Assembly: GCA_034423015.1 (NCBI GenBank)
Contig: DAOUJG010000039.1
Span: forward strand, 75,633-139,632
Length of the DNA stretch: 64,000 nt
Reading direction: 5' to 3'
DNA from: Dehalococcoidia bacterium
GTDB lineage: Bacteria; Chloroflexota; Dehalococcoidia; Lucifugimonadales; JAGWBF01
Shown here in pieces: positions 33,654 to 43,381 of the stretch; the stretch's first letter is position 1; the number at the start of each line of letters is the position of its first letter. Position numbers and translations under genes: made by a program. The notes below the pieces were generated by a model. The model ran no database searches and was not told the origin of the DNA. It worked only from the letters and a program-made list of their open reading frames with translations.

Positions 33654-35870
33654 ATGTCGCGTGTTTTGCGGGCCGGTTGGAAGTGGCTACTATTGGGAGC
33701 CTTGCTGGCTGTATTTGTCGTAGGCGCGGCCTGCGGCGAGGACCCGACTCCGGCGCCAACGCAAGCCCCCGGCATAACGTCGGCGGACGTAGAGTCGGCA
33801 GTCAGGTCCGCCGTCGGTGAGGCTGTTGGAGAAGCCGTCGGTGAGGCTGTTGGAGAAGCCGTAGGCGAAACCGTGTCGGCTGAGGAGATCGCGGGGATGG
33901 TCAACGAGGCCGTCGCCGGGATAGACATCCCCGAGGGCGTGTCCGCCGACGACGTCAGCATGCTGGTGAACGAGGCCATCCAGGGCATCGATATCCCCGA
34001 AAGCGTTTCCGCCGAGGAGATCGACAGGATGGTCAAACAGGCCACCGCCGACGCCGTCGCGGGGGCGGAAGCAGGCGTCACCTCCGAGGAGCTGGCGATG
34101 GCCATTGACCAGGCCGTGGCCGACGCCGTGGCCCAGGCCTCGGAGATCCAGATAGAGGAGATACTGGAACGCATAGCGACCCCCGTGGCCATGGCCGAGG
34201 CAGCCCCGGTGCCCGACTGGGTGGGGCGGGGCAAGTACGGCGGGACGATAAACTTCGCGTCCACCTCGGACCCGGGGTTCATCGACCTGCACTTCTCGGC
34301 AAGCATCAACTCCGGCCTGACGGTGGCCGGCAACCGGTTCAACCAGCTGGTGGAGTTCAACCCGGTCAACGCCAGCGAGGTCATCGGTGACCTGGCAACG
34401 ACCTGGGAGGCGAGCCCGGACGGGCGCGTCTACACCTTCACCATCCACCCCGACGCCAACTGGACCGACGAGGCCCGCACCCCCGTGACGGCTGCCGACG
34501 TGGTGTTCAGCCTGGACCGGGTGGTGGACCCGGACGCGATCAGGCCACGGGCCGGAGCAGCCCTGAAGCCCTTCTACGCGCCGGGCAACTCCAGGGTCAT
34601 CGACGACAAGACGGTGGAGGTCACCATCAAGTTCCCCTCCGCCGCCTTCCTGCCCTGGCTTGCCTTCGACTACGTGAAGGTGTACCCCAAGCACATCGTC
34701 GAGAACCTGACCCAGGACGAGGTCAACTGCTGCTACGAGAACCTGGTGGGCTCGGGCCCCTGGATGTTCAAGAACCTGGAGCGGGGCGTAGTCATAGAGT
34801 GGGAGAAGAACCCCAACTACTTCAAGGAAGGCCGTCCCTTCTTCGACGGCTGGAAGGGCATCCTGTTCAAGGACCGGCTCAGGGCCATCTCCGCCATGCA
34901 GTCGGAGCAGGTGATGGGCTGGACGGCCACCTACCAGAACGCGCCCACCTTCGACGTGTACGAGCAGCTCGAGGAGGACACGGGCGGTAAGCTCAGGGCT
35001 TTCCAGCTCCCGGGAGCCGGCGCGCCCGGAATAATGCTCAACTGGACCAAGCCGCCCTTCGACGACCCCAATGTGCGAAAGGCCGTCATGATGGCCTTGG
35101 ACCGCGTCGAGATAATCAAGACGGTGTTCAAGGGAATCGGGCGGCAGGGGACCTTCCTTCCCGGAGGCTCCTCCGTTGCCGAAGCCGAGGCCAGCTGGCC
35201 CGGATGGAGGTACGTGGACGCCGACGGCAACCTCATCACGACGGACCCGGTGAAGGTCGTGGGCTCCCAGAAGCACCCCGACGACATCGCCGAGGCCCAG
35301 AGGCTGGTACGGGAGGCCGGATACGAGAACAACTTCTCGGGGGACGTCCTCTCCTTCGACGACGCCTCCAGCGTGAACATGTCCGACCTGATCGCAAGGC
35401 AGATGAACGAGACCTTCGGCTGGGACTTGAAGGTGACGGTGCTGGACCTGGCCGCCGCGTCCATCGAGCGCAACGAGGGCCGGTTCGACCTCCACCAGGA
35501 GAGCCACGGCGTCGAGCTGAACGACCCCAACGCGTTGCTGGGCCAGATGTACCTGGCCGGCGGCGGCAGGAACTCCCTGAACTGGCACGACCCCAGGATA
35601 GACGAGCTGGCCGAGCGGCAGTCCAGGGCCGGGTCTACGGAAGAGCGCAAGGCGCTGGTGCTGGAGATCGAAGCGATCCTCAGGGACGAGGGCGTCGCCC
35701 AGTGGGTGCCCCTGGGCTGGATACCCGTCAACGGGGCCCTGAACGTCCAGATCAGGAACTTCCACCTGCCCAAGGCCAGTGACGTAGGGGCGGCCTGGAA
35801 CGTGATCCACAAGAAGGAGCACCTCTGGTACGACCCCGACGCTCAGCCTGACTGGGGCCTGGGACAATAA
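33654..35870 (+). CDS. ABC transporter substrate-binding lipoprotein, family 5 (Dpp/Opp-type), copy 2
   Basis: Signal and lipobox MSRVLRAGWKWLLLGALLAVFVVGAAC, about 150-aa repeat linker, then the SBP_bac_5 core (IGDLATTWEASPDGRVYTFTIHPDANWTD...AADVVFSLDR). Confidence 0.88.
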   Translation: MSRVLRAGWKWLLLGALLAVFVVGAACGEDPTPAPTQAPGITSADVESAVRSAVGEAVGEAVGEAVGEAVGETVSAEEIAGMVNEAVAGIDIPEGVSADDVSMLVNEAIQGIDIPESVSAEEIDRMVKQATADAVAGAEAGVTSEELAMAIDQAVADAVAQASEIQIEEILERIATPVAMAEAAPVPDWVGRGKYGGTINFASTSDPGFIDLHFSASINSGLTVAGNRFNQLVEFNPVNASEVIGDLATTWEASPDGRVYTFTIHPDANWTDEARTPVTAADVVFSLDRVVDPDAIRPRAGAALKPFYAPGNSRVIDDKTVEVTIKFPSAAFLPWLAFDYVKVYPKHIVENLTQDEVNCCYENLVGSGPWMFKNLERGVVIEWEKNPNYFKEGRPFFDGWKGILFKDRLRAISAMQSEQVMGWTATYQNAPTFDVYEQLEEDTGGKLRAFQLPGAGAPGIMLNWTKPPFDDPNVRKAVMMALDRVEIIKTVFKGIGRQGTFLPGGSSVAEAEASWPGWRYVDADGNLITTDPVKVVGSQKHPDDIAEAQRLVREAGYENNFSGDVLSFDDASSVNMSDLIARQMNETFGWDLKVTVLDLAAASIERNEGRFDLHQESHGVELNDPNALLGQMYLAGGGRNSLNWHDPRIDELAERQSRAGSTEERKALVLEIEAILRDEGVAQWVPLGWIPVNGALNVQIRNFHLPKASDVGAAWNVIHKKEHLWYDPDAQPDWGLGQ

Positions 35871-35917
35871 GGCAATCCGATCGGTTGGTGGCCGCTGTGG
35901 CCGAAGAAGACCGGTCT

Positions 35918-35949
35918 CAGGGCTGGGGTCGCCGACCCCAGCCCTGTTT
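35918..35949 (+). terminator. strong stem-loop (13-bp perfect stem, 3-nt loop) followed by TTT, after SBP 2
   Basis: cagggctggggtc-gcc-gaccccagccctg-ttt. May be a terminator, attenuator or mRNA-stabilising element. Confidence 0.6.
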
Positions 35950-36009
35950 GGATGCGCGACGGGACGGCGTACGCCGCCGTTCGGGTATAAGGTGGCACAA
36001 GGAGCCGAG

Positions 36010-37416
36010 ATGACGACGGAAAGCATCGCTCTCATGGCCCATCTGTTCAGGCGGGCCGGGTTCGGGGCCACCATGGAAGAGCTGGAGAGATATGCGGCCA
36101 AGGGATACGAGGAGACGGTCGAGGAGCTGCTCCACCCGGAACGCCAACCCGAGTGGGACGAGGAGCGTCTCTTCAGGGACTTCCCCGAGCTACAGGACCG
36201 CACGGCCATCGAGCCCGGCCAGATATTCTGGACCCACAGGCTGATAGAGACCCGCCGCCCCCTGGAAGAGAAGATGGCCCTGTTCTGGCATGGTGTCCTG
36301 TGCACCGGCGCCGGCAAGGCCGACAACGTCCGCCAGGTCACCATCCAGATCGACATGTTCCGGAGGCTGGGGCTGGGCCGCTTCCCGGATATTCTGGTGG
36401 AGCTGTCCAAGGACCCGGCCATGCTCTACTACCTGGACAACACGGAGAACCACAAGGGGTCCATCAACGAGAACTACGGCCGGGAGCTGCTGGAGCTGTT
36501 CTCCCTGGGTGTCGGCATGGACGGCGAGGCCAACTACACGGAGGATGACGTCCAGGCGTGCTCGCGGGCCTTCACGGGGTGGGGCATCAAGCCTCCCCTG
36601 CCCACGGACCCCTACGGGCCCCACACGTGGACTTTCTACTACGACGCAACCGACCACGACGACGGGGAGAAGACGTTCCTGGGCGAGACCGGGCGCTGGA
36701 ACGGCGAGGACGTGATAGATATCCTGGCCCGGCAGCCCGCGACGCGCCGGTTCATCGCCCGCCACCTGTACAACTTCTTCGTCGCCGACGAGCCGATCGT
36801 GCCCACCTGGAAGGACATCCCGCCCAGGGACCCTCAAGCCATAGAGACACTTGAGGGGGTGTTGGTGGAGAGCGACTACGATATGCGCCAGGTGATGCGG
36901 GTACTGCTGAATTCGGACTTCTTCAAGGACGCCCGCTTCCAGAAGGTCAAGAGCCCGGTGGAGGTGGTGATAGGCACGGTCAAGCAGACGGGGGAGTTCG
37001 CCGCCAACAAGCCCGGGGCCCTGGACCTGGTCATGGAGATGCGGTACATGGGCCAGGACATCCTCAACCCCCCCACGGTGGAGGGGTGGCACACCGGCAG
37101 AGACTGGATCGACAGCGGGACGCTGGTGGAGCGCATCAACTACACCGCGGACCAGATGGGGAACCTGGAGCATCCCGGCATCCGCTCCATCGTGGACCGA
37201 TTGGCCTCCACGGGGCCGCTGCTGTCTCCCGAGAGACTGGTCGACGGCTGCCTCGACGTCCTGGGAGGCTACCGGCTGCCTCAGCAGACCCGGGACAAGC
37301 TGGTCGCACACCTGGCCAAGGGTGGAGACCTGGACACCGCCAGCGAAGAGTTCGGCCAACGGGTGGCGCAAACGCTGCAGCTCATAGTGGCGACCCAGGA
37401 GTACCAGTTCGCTTAG
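36010..37416 (+). CDS. DUF1800 family protein, copy 2
   Basis: IALMAHLFRRAGFGA, EEKMALFWHG, DPAMLYYLDNTENHKGSINENYGRELLELFSLG, SRAFTGW. ATG 36010 behind aaggag. Confidence 0.8.
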   Translation: MTTESIALMAHLFRRAGFGATMEELERYAAKGYEETVEELLHPERQPEWDEERLFRDFPELQDRTAIEPGQIFWTHRLIETRRPLEEKMALFWHGVLCTGAGKADNVRQVTIQIDMFRRLGLGRFPDILVELSKDPAMLYYLDNTENHKGSINENYGRELLELFSLGVGMDGEANYTEDDVQACSRAFTGWGIKPPLPTDPYGPHTWTFYYDATDHDDGEKTFLGETGRWNGEDVIDILARQPATRRFIARHLYNFFVADEPIVPTWKDIPPRDPQAIETLEGVLVESDYDMRQVMRVLLNSDFFKDARFQKVKSPVEVVIGTVKQTGEFAANKPGALDLVMEMRYMGQDILNPPTVEGWHTGRDWIDSGTLVERINYTADQMGNLEHPGIRSIVDRLASTGPLLSPERLVDGCLDVLGGYRLPQQTRDKLVAHLAKGGDLDTASEEFGQRVAQTLQLIVATQEYQFA

Positions 37417-37509
37417 GAAATCTCTGAACGAGGAGTGCTTCCTTCCGGACTAACTCGGCAGGGACTTGCTCAGGCCATTTCCAGGGGGAGACAGATGGAG
37501 GGGAGACAG

Positions 37510-38649
37510 ATGGCTACAAACGGCAAAGACCGGATCTTGGTAGTGCTCCAGCTCTCCGGGGGGAACGACTCCCTCAACACCATCGTCCCGTATGGGGACC
37601 CGCTGTACGCCGACAACCGGCCGTCGTTGAGGATAGCCGAGGAGGACGTGCTCCCCATCGACGACCATATAGGGTTCCATCCCGCGATGGCGCCCATCAA
37701 GACCCTCTACGACCAGGGGAAGGTGGCGATCATCCAGGGCATCGGGTACCCGAACCCCAACCGTTCCCACTTCCGCTCCATGGACATCTGGCACACCTGC
37801 GAGCCGGAGAAGGTGGGCACCGAGGGATGGCTGGGCCGCTCCATCCGGGAGATCGACCCGCGATCGGAGAACGTGCTGACGGGCGTGAACTTCGGACGCG
37901 GCCTGCCCCGGGCCCTGGCCGCGCCGGGGATACCCGTGGCGTCGGTGGGCAACCTGGAGACCTACGGCCTGCTGACGGGCATCCAGGGCGAGGACCAGAG
38001 GGCGGAGGCGCTGGACGTGTTCGCCAACATCTACGCTCCCATGATCGGGAGAAGCGAGGTGTCCGACTACCTCTCCCAGACGGGGACCGACGCCCTGAAG
38101 GGAGCGGACATACTGAGGACGGCGCCCGAGCGCTACACCTCCTCCGTGGAGTACGCCGGCAACTCGGTGGCCCAGTACATGAAGAACATAGCCCAGGTGC
38201 ACCTGGCGGGCTTCGGCACACGCATCCTGTACACAACCGCCCCGTACAACAGCTTCGACACCCATGCGGGGCAGGCCGGGGTCCACGACCAGCTCCTGGA
38301 AAACGTTTCCGGCGCCGTCTACGACTTCTACGAGGACCTGAAGGAGCACAACGCCAGCGAGGAGGTCGTGGTGCTGCTGTTCTCCGAGTTCGGCCGCCGG
38401 GTGCACGACAACGGCTCGGGAACGGACCACGGGTCGGGGGGCACCGCCTTCGTCATCGGCGACGCGGTGGCGGGAGGCCTCTACGGAGAGCACCCCTCCC
38501 TGGAGCCCAGCCGGCTGCTGGAGGGCGACCTCCACTTCAACAACGACTTCCGGGGCACCTACGCGTCGCTGGCGGAGAAGTGGATGGGACTGGAGGCCGC
38601 GCCCATCGTCGGCGGCGTCTTCGAGCAGCCCGACTTCATCAGAGCTTAG
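37510..38649 (+). CDS. DUF1501 family protein (alkaline-phosphatase/sulfatase-like fold), copy 1, no Tat/Sec leader
   Basis: ILVVLQLSGGNDSLNTIVPY, GIGYPNPNRSHFRSMDIWHT, FSEFGRRVHDNGSGTDHG. Start ATG 37510 chosen by alignment with the copy at 46610 (alternative ATG at 37495). Confidence 0.78.
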   Translation: MATNGKDRILVVLQLSGGNDSLNTIVPYGDPLYADNRPSLRIAEEDVLPIDDHIGFHPAMAPIKTLYDQGKVAIIQGIGYPNPNRSHFRSMDIWHTCEPEKVGTEGWLGRSIREIDPRSENVLTGVNFGRGLPRALAAPGIPVASVGNLETYGLLTGIQGEDQRAEALDVFANIYAPMIGRSEVSDYLSQTGTDALKGADILRTAPERYTSSVEYAGNSVAQYMKNIAQVHLAGFGTRILYTTAPYNSFDTHAGQAGVHDQLLENVSGAVYDFYEDLKEHNASEEVVVLLFSEFGRRVHDNGSGTDHGSGGTAFVIGDAVAGGLYGEHPSLEPSRLLEGDLHFNNDFRGTYASLAEKWMGLEAAPIVGGVFEQPDFIRA

Positions 38650-38722
38650 GGGAGAGCACACGGTCGGGACGGGCGGCGTGGTAGGCTCTCCAAGAATGGC
38701 AGACCGGAGCGAGGGTACGTAG

Positions 38723-39715
38723 ATGGTCAGCGTGCACTTTGGCGTTACCAGCAGGGCGTTCAACTACTCGCACACCGTCGGGCGCATGACGTTCTTCGGC
38801 GAGGGGTTCAGGCACCCCATGGACATAGCCGTCGGCAAGGACGGCCGCATCTACGTGCCCAACCGGTCGAGGCAGGACAGACCCAACGGGGTCCGCGTGA
38901 CCGTGTGCACCGTGGACGAGGAGTTCCTGTACCAGTTCAGCGCCTTCGGGGCCGAAGACGGCCAGCTCACGTGGCCCGTCTCCATCGCCCTGGACAGCAC
39001 GGAGAACATCTACGTGGCGGACCAGTGGCTGAACCGGATAAGCATCTTCAGCAACGGCGGGGACTTCCTCGGCAAGTGGGGCACAGCGGGGAGCGGCGAT
39101 GGGGAGCTGGACCAGCCCTTTGGCATGAGATTCGATTCCCAGGACCATCTGTTCATAGTGGACAGCCGCAACGGCCGAATCCAGAAATTCACCAAGGACG
39201 GGCGCTTCCTGGCCAAGTTCGGGGAGCCGGGAAGCGGGCCGGGCCAGTTCGACCTTCCGTGGGGTATCGACTTCGACCGGGAGGGCTACCTGTACGTAGC
39301 CGACTGGAACAACCACCGGGTCCAGAAGCTCACCCCCGAGGGAGAGTATGTCTCCGAGCTCGGCATCCACGGCAGCGGCGCCGGAGAGTTCCACAGGCCA
39401 TCGGGAGTGGCCGTGGACGCAGACGGCGACATCTACGTGGCAGACTGGGGCAACCACCGTCTCCAGGTCTTCACCTCCGACGGCCGTCACATAAGCACGT
39501 TCACCGGAGACGCCACCCTCTCCAAGTGGGGCGAGCTATCCCTGGAGGCGAACCCGGACAAGGCGTGGCAGCGCAACCTGGTGAGAGACTTCGAGCCGGA
39601 GAGACGGTTCTGGAACCCGGTGGCGGTGGCTGTCGACCCCGAGAACCGGGTGCTGGTCGCCGACTGCATGCGCCACCGCCTGCAGGTCTATCGTAAGATA
39701 TATGCGTCCCGATAG
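38723..39715 (+). CDS. NHL-repeat beta-propeller protein, copy 2
   Basis: Blades PFGMRFDSQDHLFIVDSRNGRIQKF, PWGIDFDREGYLYVADWNNHRVQKL and PSGVAVDADGDIYVADWGNHRLQVF. N-terminal AFNYSHTVGR motif is shared with the other copies. Confidence 0.85.
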   Translation: MVSVHFGVTSRAFNYSHTVGRMTFFGEGFRHPMDIAVGKDGRIYVPNRSRQDRPNGVRVTVCTVDEEFLYQFSAFGAEDGQLTWPVSIALDSTENIYVADQWLNRISIFSNGGDFLGKWGTAGSGDGELDQPFGMRFDSQDHLFIVDSRNGRIQKFTKDGRFLAKFGEPGSGPGQFDLPWGIDFDREGYLYVADWNNHRVQKLTPEGEYVSELGIHGSGAGEFHRPSGVAVDADGDIYVADWGNHRLQVFTSDGRHISTFTGDATLSKWGELSLEANPDKAWQRNLVRDFEPERRFWNPVAVAVDPENRVLVADCMRHRLQVYRKIYASR

Positions 39716-39839
39716 GATGTCCCGGACCGATGGCCGAGGCTTCCGAGACCGTCGCTGAAACGGAAGGGCCTCGAAGCGGAGCCCGCGCGACCCGGGGCCC
39801 TAGGAGAGCCCGGGCCGCCTCCAGACAGATGGACTAGCA

Positions 39840-40802
39840 TTGAAAACGTACATCATCAAACGCCTGCTGCTGTTCCCGCCTACCGTGGTGATAGTCACCC
39901 TTCTGGTGTTCTTCATCATGTGGATCGTGCCTGGGGACGCCGCGATAGTCATCCTGGCCGGCGAGGGGGGAGAAGCGGGCGTCAACCAGGAGGACTTGGA
40001 GAGGCTCAGAAAGCAGCTGGGGCTGGACAGGCCCGTTTACATTCAGTACGGGGACTGGGTCTGGGACCTGATCAGGGGAGACATGGGGGACTCGGTCTAC
40101 TACAAGATACCCGTCATGGACGAGCTGAAGGGGAAGTTCCTGGTCACCCTGGAGCTGTCCGTAATGGCCATCCTGATGTCCGCCATCCTGGCCATCCCCA
40201 TCGGGGTACTCTCCGCCGTGAAGCAGGACACCATCTTCGACTACGGGGTGCGGACGTTTACCCTGGCCGGCATCGCCCTGCCCAGCTTCTGGGTGGGCAT
40301 ACTCATCGTGGCGGCCCTCACCTTCTGGTTCGATTGGGCGTTGCCTCCGCTGCAATACCAACCGCCTTGGGACGAGCCCTTAACGAACCTCCACCAGCTC
40401 ATCTTCCCGGCGATGGCGCTGGCCTTCGGGGAGCTTGCCTTTGCTGCCCGAATCACGCGCTCCACCATGCTGGAGGTGATGCGGGACGACTACGTCAGGA
40501 CCGCCAGGGCTAAGGGGCTGTCGGAGCTGGCGGTGATCGGCCGGCACGCCCTGAAGAACGCCCTGCTGCCCGTGGTCACCGTATCGGGCTGGCAGTTTGG
40601 CCGTCTTCTGGGGGGTGTGGTGGTCATCGAGCGGATATTCCTGGTGCCCGGGGTAGGCAGCTTTCTCATAGACGCGATAGTCCACCGGGACTACACCGTG
40701 ATCCAGGCGATCATGGTGATGGTGGCCGGGCTGATCCTGGTCCTGAACCTGCTGATCGACGTCCTGTACGGCTGGCTGGACCCCAGGATCCGGTATGCGT
40801 AA
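39840..40802 (+). CDS. ABC transporter permease (DppB/OppB-type), set 2
   Basis: IIKRLLLFPPTVVIVTLLVFFIMWIVPGD, DDYVRTARAKGL. TTG start. Confidence 0.88.
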   Translation: MKTYIIKRLLLFPPTVVIVTLLVFFIMWIVPGDAAIVILAGEGGEAGVNQEDLERLRKQLGLDRPVYIQYGDWVWDLIRGDMGDSVYYKIPVMDELKGKFLVTLELSVMAILMSAILAIPIGVLSAVKQDTIFDYGVRTFTLAGIALPSFWVGILIVAALTFWFDWALPPLQYQPPWDEPLTNLHQLIFPAMALAFGELAFAARITRSTMLEVMRDDYVRTARAKGLSELAVIGRHALKNALLPVVTVSGWQFGRLLGGVVVIERIFLVPGVGSFLIDAIVHRDYTVIQAIMVMVAGLILVLNLLIDVLYGWLDPRIRYA

Positions 40803-40820
40803 GCCGAGCTCACGGTCAGG

Positions 40821-41732
40821 TTGGCAATGATAGGTCAGAGAGCCGCAGCTTTCCCCAACGCCCGGTCGGCCCTGTCCTGGCTGCCCGGGGCGGCGGGCCA
40901 GGTAGCCGCGTTCTGCAAGAGGAAGCCCCTGGGAGCCCTGGGAGGGATCCTGATTACCTCCATGGGTCTGATCGCCATCCTGGCCCCGATCATATCGCCC
41001 CACGACCCCTACGAGGTCTACGTGGACTACGTGGAGAACCCTCCCTCCAAGACCTTTCCCCTGGGCACCGACAACCTGGGGCAGGACGTCCTCAGCCGGC
41101 TGTTTCACGGGGCACGCCTTTCCCTCAGGGTGGGACTGCTCAGCGTGCTGATCGGCATAACCGGCGGCTTCGTGCTGGGCATCGCCACCGCCTACGCGGG
41201 AGGGGCCGTCGATCTCGCCTTCCAACGGCTCGTCGATTCGATGATCGCCTTTCCCAGCGTAATCCTGGCCATGGCCATCATGGCCGTCCTGGGGGCCTCG
41301 GTCACCAACGTGGTCATAGCCCTGGTGTTCGTGTTGATACCGCCCGCGGTGCGGGCCATCCGCTCCCAGGTGCTCAGCCTCAAGGAAATGGACTACGTGC
41401 TGGCGGCCAAGGCCGTCGGGTGCTCCCCCCTCCGGATCATGATCCGGCACATCGTGCCCAACTGCTTCGCCATCTACATCATCCTGGCCACAATCACCCT
41501 GGGGTTTGCCATCATCGTGGAGGCGTCTCTCAGCTTCCTGGGGATAGGCGTACCAGCAGGCACGCCCACGTGGGGAGGCATGCTGACCCAGGCGTCCCAA
41601 CAGCACATCAAGACGGCTCCATGGGTAGCCATAGCTCCGGGCGTAGCGATATCGGTGGTGGTGTTCTCGGTCAACTGGCTGGGCGATGCCCTGCGGGACG
41701 TGCTGGACCCGCGGCTCCGGGGCGCCGACTAG
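40821..41732 (+). CDS. ABC transporter permease (DppC/OppC-type), set 2
   Basis: LAPIISPHDP, multi-TM, GDALRDVLDPRLR C-terminus. Start is TTG 40821 or ATG 40827. Confidence 0.88.
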   Translation: MAMIGQRAAAFPNARSALSWLPGAAGQVAAFCKRKPLGALGGILITSMGLIAILAPIISPHDPYEVYVDYVENPPSKTFPLGTDNLGQDVLSRLFHGARLSLRVGLLSVLIGITGGFVLGIATAYAGGAVDLAFQRLVDSMIAFPSVILAMAIMAVLGASVTNVVIALVFVLIPPAVRAIRSQVLSLKEMDYVLAAKAVGCSPLRIMIRHIVPNCFAIYIILATITLGFAIIVEASLSFLGIGVPAGTPTWGGMLTQASQQHIKTAPWVAIAPGVAISVVVFSVNWLGDALRDVLDPRLRGAD

Positions 41733-41887
41733 GGCCGTTCCAGCAGCCCCGGAGGCCCCCTGGACTCGTACTCTAAGAGGCCGGGCGCCAGGGGCACTGG
41801 ACCATCGTCACCCTGGCGCCGGCACGGCGACGCGCCAACGGAGCAGGCGCCACCAGGCCATACCAGAGATTGGGGTGTAGCTAGCTC

Positions 41888-43309
41888 GTGGGAGAGCTCG
41901 TCCGCGTCTGCGCCCGCTGCGGCCACGTCAACCTCATGGACGGGCCCGACCGGTGCCGCAACTGCTGGGCGGCGCTGGCGGGGGTCGCGCCGGTCCCCCG
42001 GGCCGAGGGAGAGAAAAACCCCAGGTTCGCGTTTCTCAGGAGACGCCGGGTCCTTCTGCCAACCCTTCTCGCACTGGCCGTGGGCCTGACCGTGTGGGGG
42101 GTCCTGGTCTTCTTCGACCTTGGCCCCAACCCGCCGTCCGCCACTACCAGCGCAGCCGCGGAGGTCCTGGGAGGCGTGTGGTCGCAGGTGGGAAGGACCC
42201 CCGAGAACAGCGGCTACACGCCGGAGCACGTCTTCGTGCCCAGAGGGATAGACTGGACCTACGACACGTCCGAGCCTCTTCTGGCCGCCCCTGCCGTGGA
42301 CCAGGAACGGCTGTACCTGACAACTCAGACGGGCCGTATCATAGCCCTGGACAGGGAGACCGGCGAATCCGTCTGGCAGTACGACACCGGCCACCAGGCG
42401 GGCTTCCCGGCGACGGCCGCGCCCGCGGTGGCGGGGGACCTGGTCATCGCCCCGGTGCGTCCCGGCCGGGTGGTCGGCCTGGACCGCCGCACCGGGGAGG
42501 CCGTGTGGGAGACGGACATAAGGACCCCGCTGATGGCCTCCCCCATCGTGGTGGAGGGCTCGGTGTACGTTGGAGCCGGAGACGAGAAGCTGTACGCCCT
42601 GGACGCGGCCAACGGGCAGGAGCGATGGACGTTCCACGTCCTGGACCGGATAACGGCCCCCGTTGCCTACGCCGACGACGCGGTGGTGGTCGTAAACGAG
42701 GAGAGCCTGCTCCACATCGTGGACACCAACACGGGGCGCAAGCGGTTCGTCTACGACGTGGGGGCCGGGAGCCTGGGCAGGAACATCCGGGGCGGACCGG
42801 CCATCCACGGAGACACCGCGTACTTCCACACCCAGGGAGGCGCCGTGTGGGCCGTGGACCGGCGGACGATCACGTACCCCTTCGAGAGGGCGATAGGGTA
42901 CTGGAAGACCAACTTCTTCCTGTGGGGCATCACCTCGGAGCTCCCCGTCCAGAAGGGCACCCTGTGGACCAGGGGTCTCGGCGGCACCCTGATGCACGGC
43001 CCCGCCGCGGCCCACGACACCGTCTACGCGGCCACCGTGGAGGGGCGGGTGTGGGCCCTGGACGCCGCAAGCGGAGAGGAACGGTGGAGCGCCCAGACGG
43101 GGGCCGGGACAAGCTCGGGGGCCACGGTGGCCGGCGACACCCTGGTCCTGGGGACCGAGGACGGCAGGCTCCTGGGCCTGAACGCCCACACCGGGGAGCG
43201 GCAGTGGGACTTCCGCCTGGGCGGGAGGATATCGGCCCGCCCCGTGGTCGTAGAAGGGAAGCTCTACGTGGCTTCCGAGGACGGCAAGGTCTACGCCGTC
43301 AGCGGGTAG
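41888..43309 (+). CDS. membrane-anchored PQQ-like (BamB-type) beta-propeller repeat protein with N-terminal zinc-ribbon
   Basis: CARCGHVN...CRNCWAAL zinc ribbon, one TM (LLPTLLALAVGLTVWGVLVFF), then repeats of the type G.vyA(l)D...Ge..W. Confidence 0.7.
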   Translation: MGELVRVCARCGHVNLMDGPDRCRNCWAALAGVAPVPRAEGEKNPRFAFLRRRRVLLPTLLALAVGLTVWGVLVFFDLGPNPPSATTSAAAEVLGGVWSQVGRTPENSGYTPEHVFVPRGIDWTYDTSEPLLAAPAVDQERLYLTTQTGRIIALDRETGESVWQYDTGHQAGFPATAAPAVAGDLVIAPVRPGRVVGLDRRTGEAVWETDIRTPLMASPIVVEGSVYVGAGDEKLYALDAANGQERWTFHVLDRITAPVAYADDAVVVVNEESLLHIVDTNTGRKRFVYDVGAGSLGRNIRGGPAIHGDTAYFHTQGGAVWAVDRRTITYPFERAIGYWKTNFFLWGITSELPVQKGTLWTRGLGGTLMHGPAAAHDTVYAATVEGRVWALDAASGEERWSAQTGAGTSSGATVAGDTLVLGTEDGRLLGLNAHTGERQWDFRLGGRISARPVVVEGKLYVASEDGKVYAVSG

Positions 43310-43381
43310 ACGGGACCAACTGGTGGGCGGTCAGCGGACTCATTCGGGCCATTCCCAGGTCACAAGACCCGGGGCCGGGGG

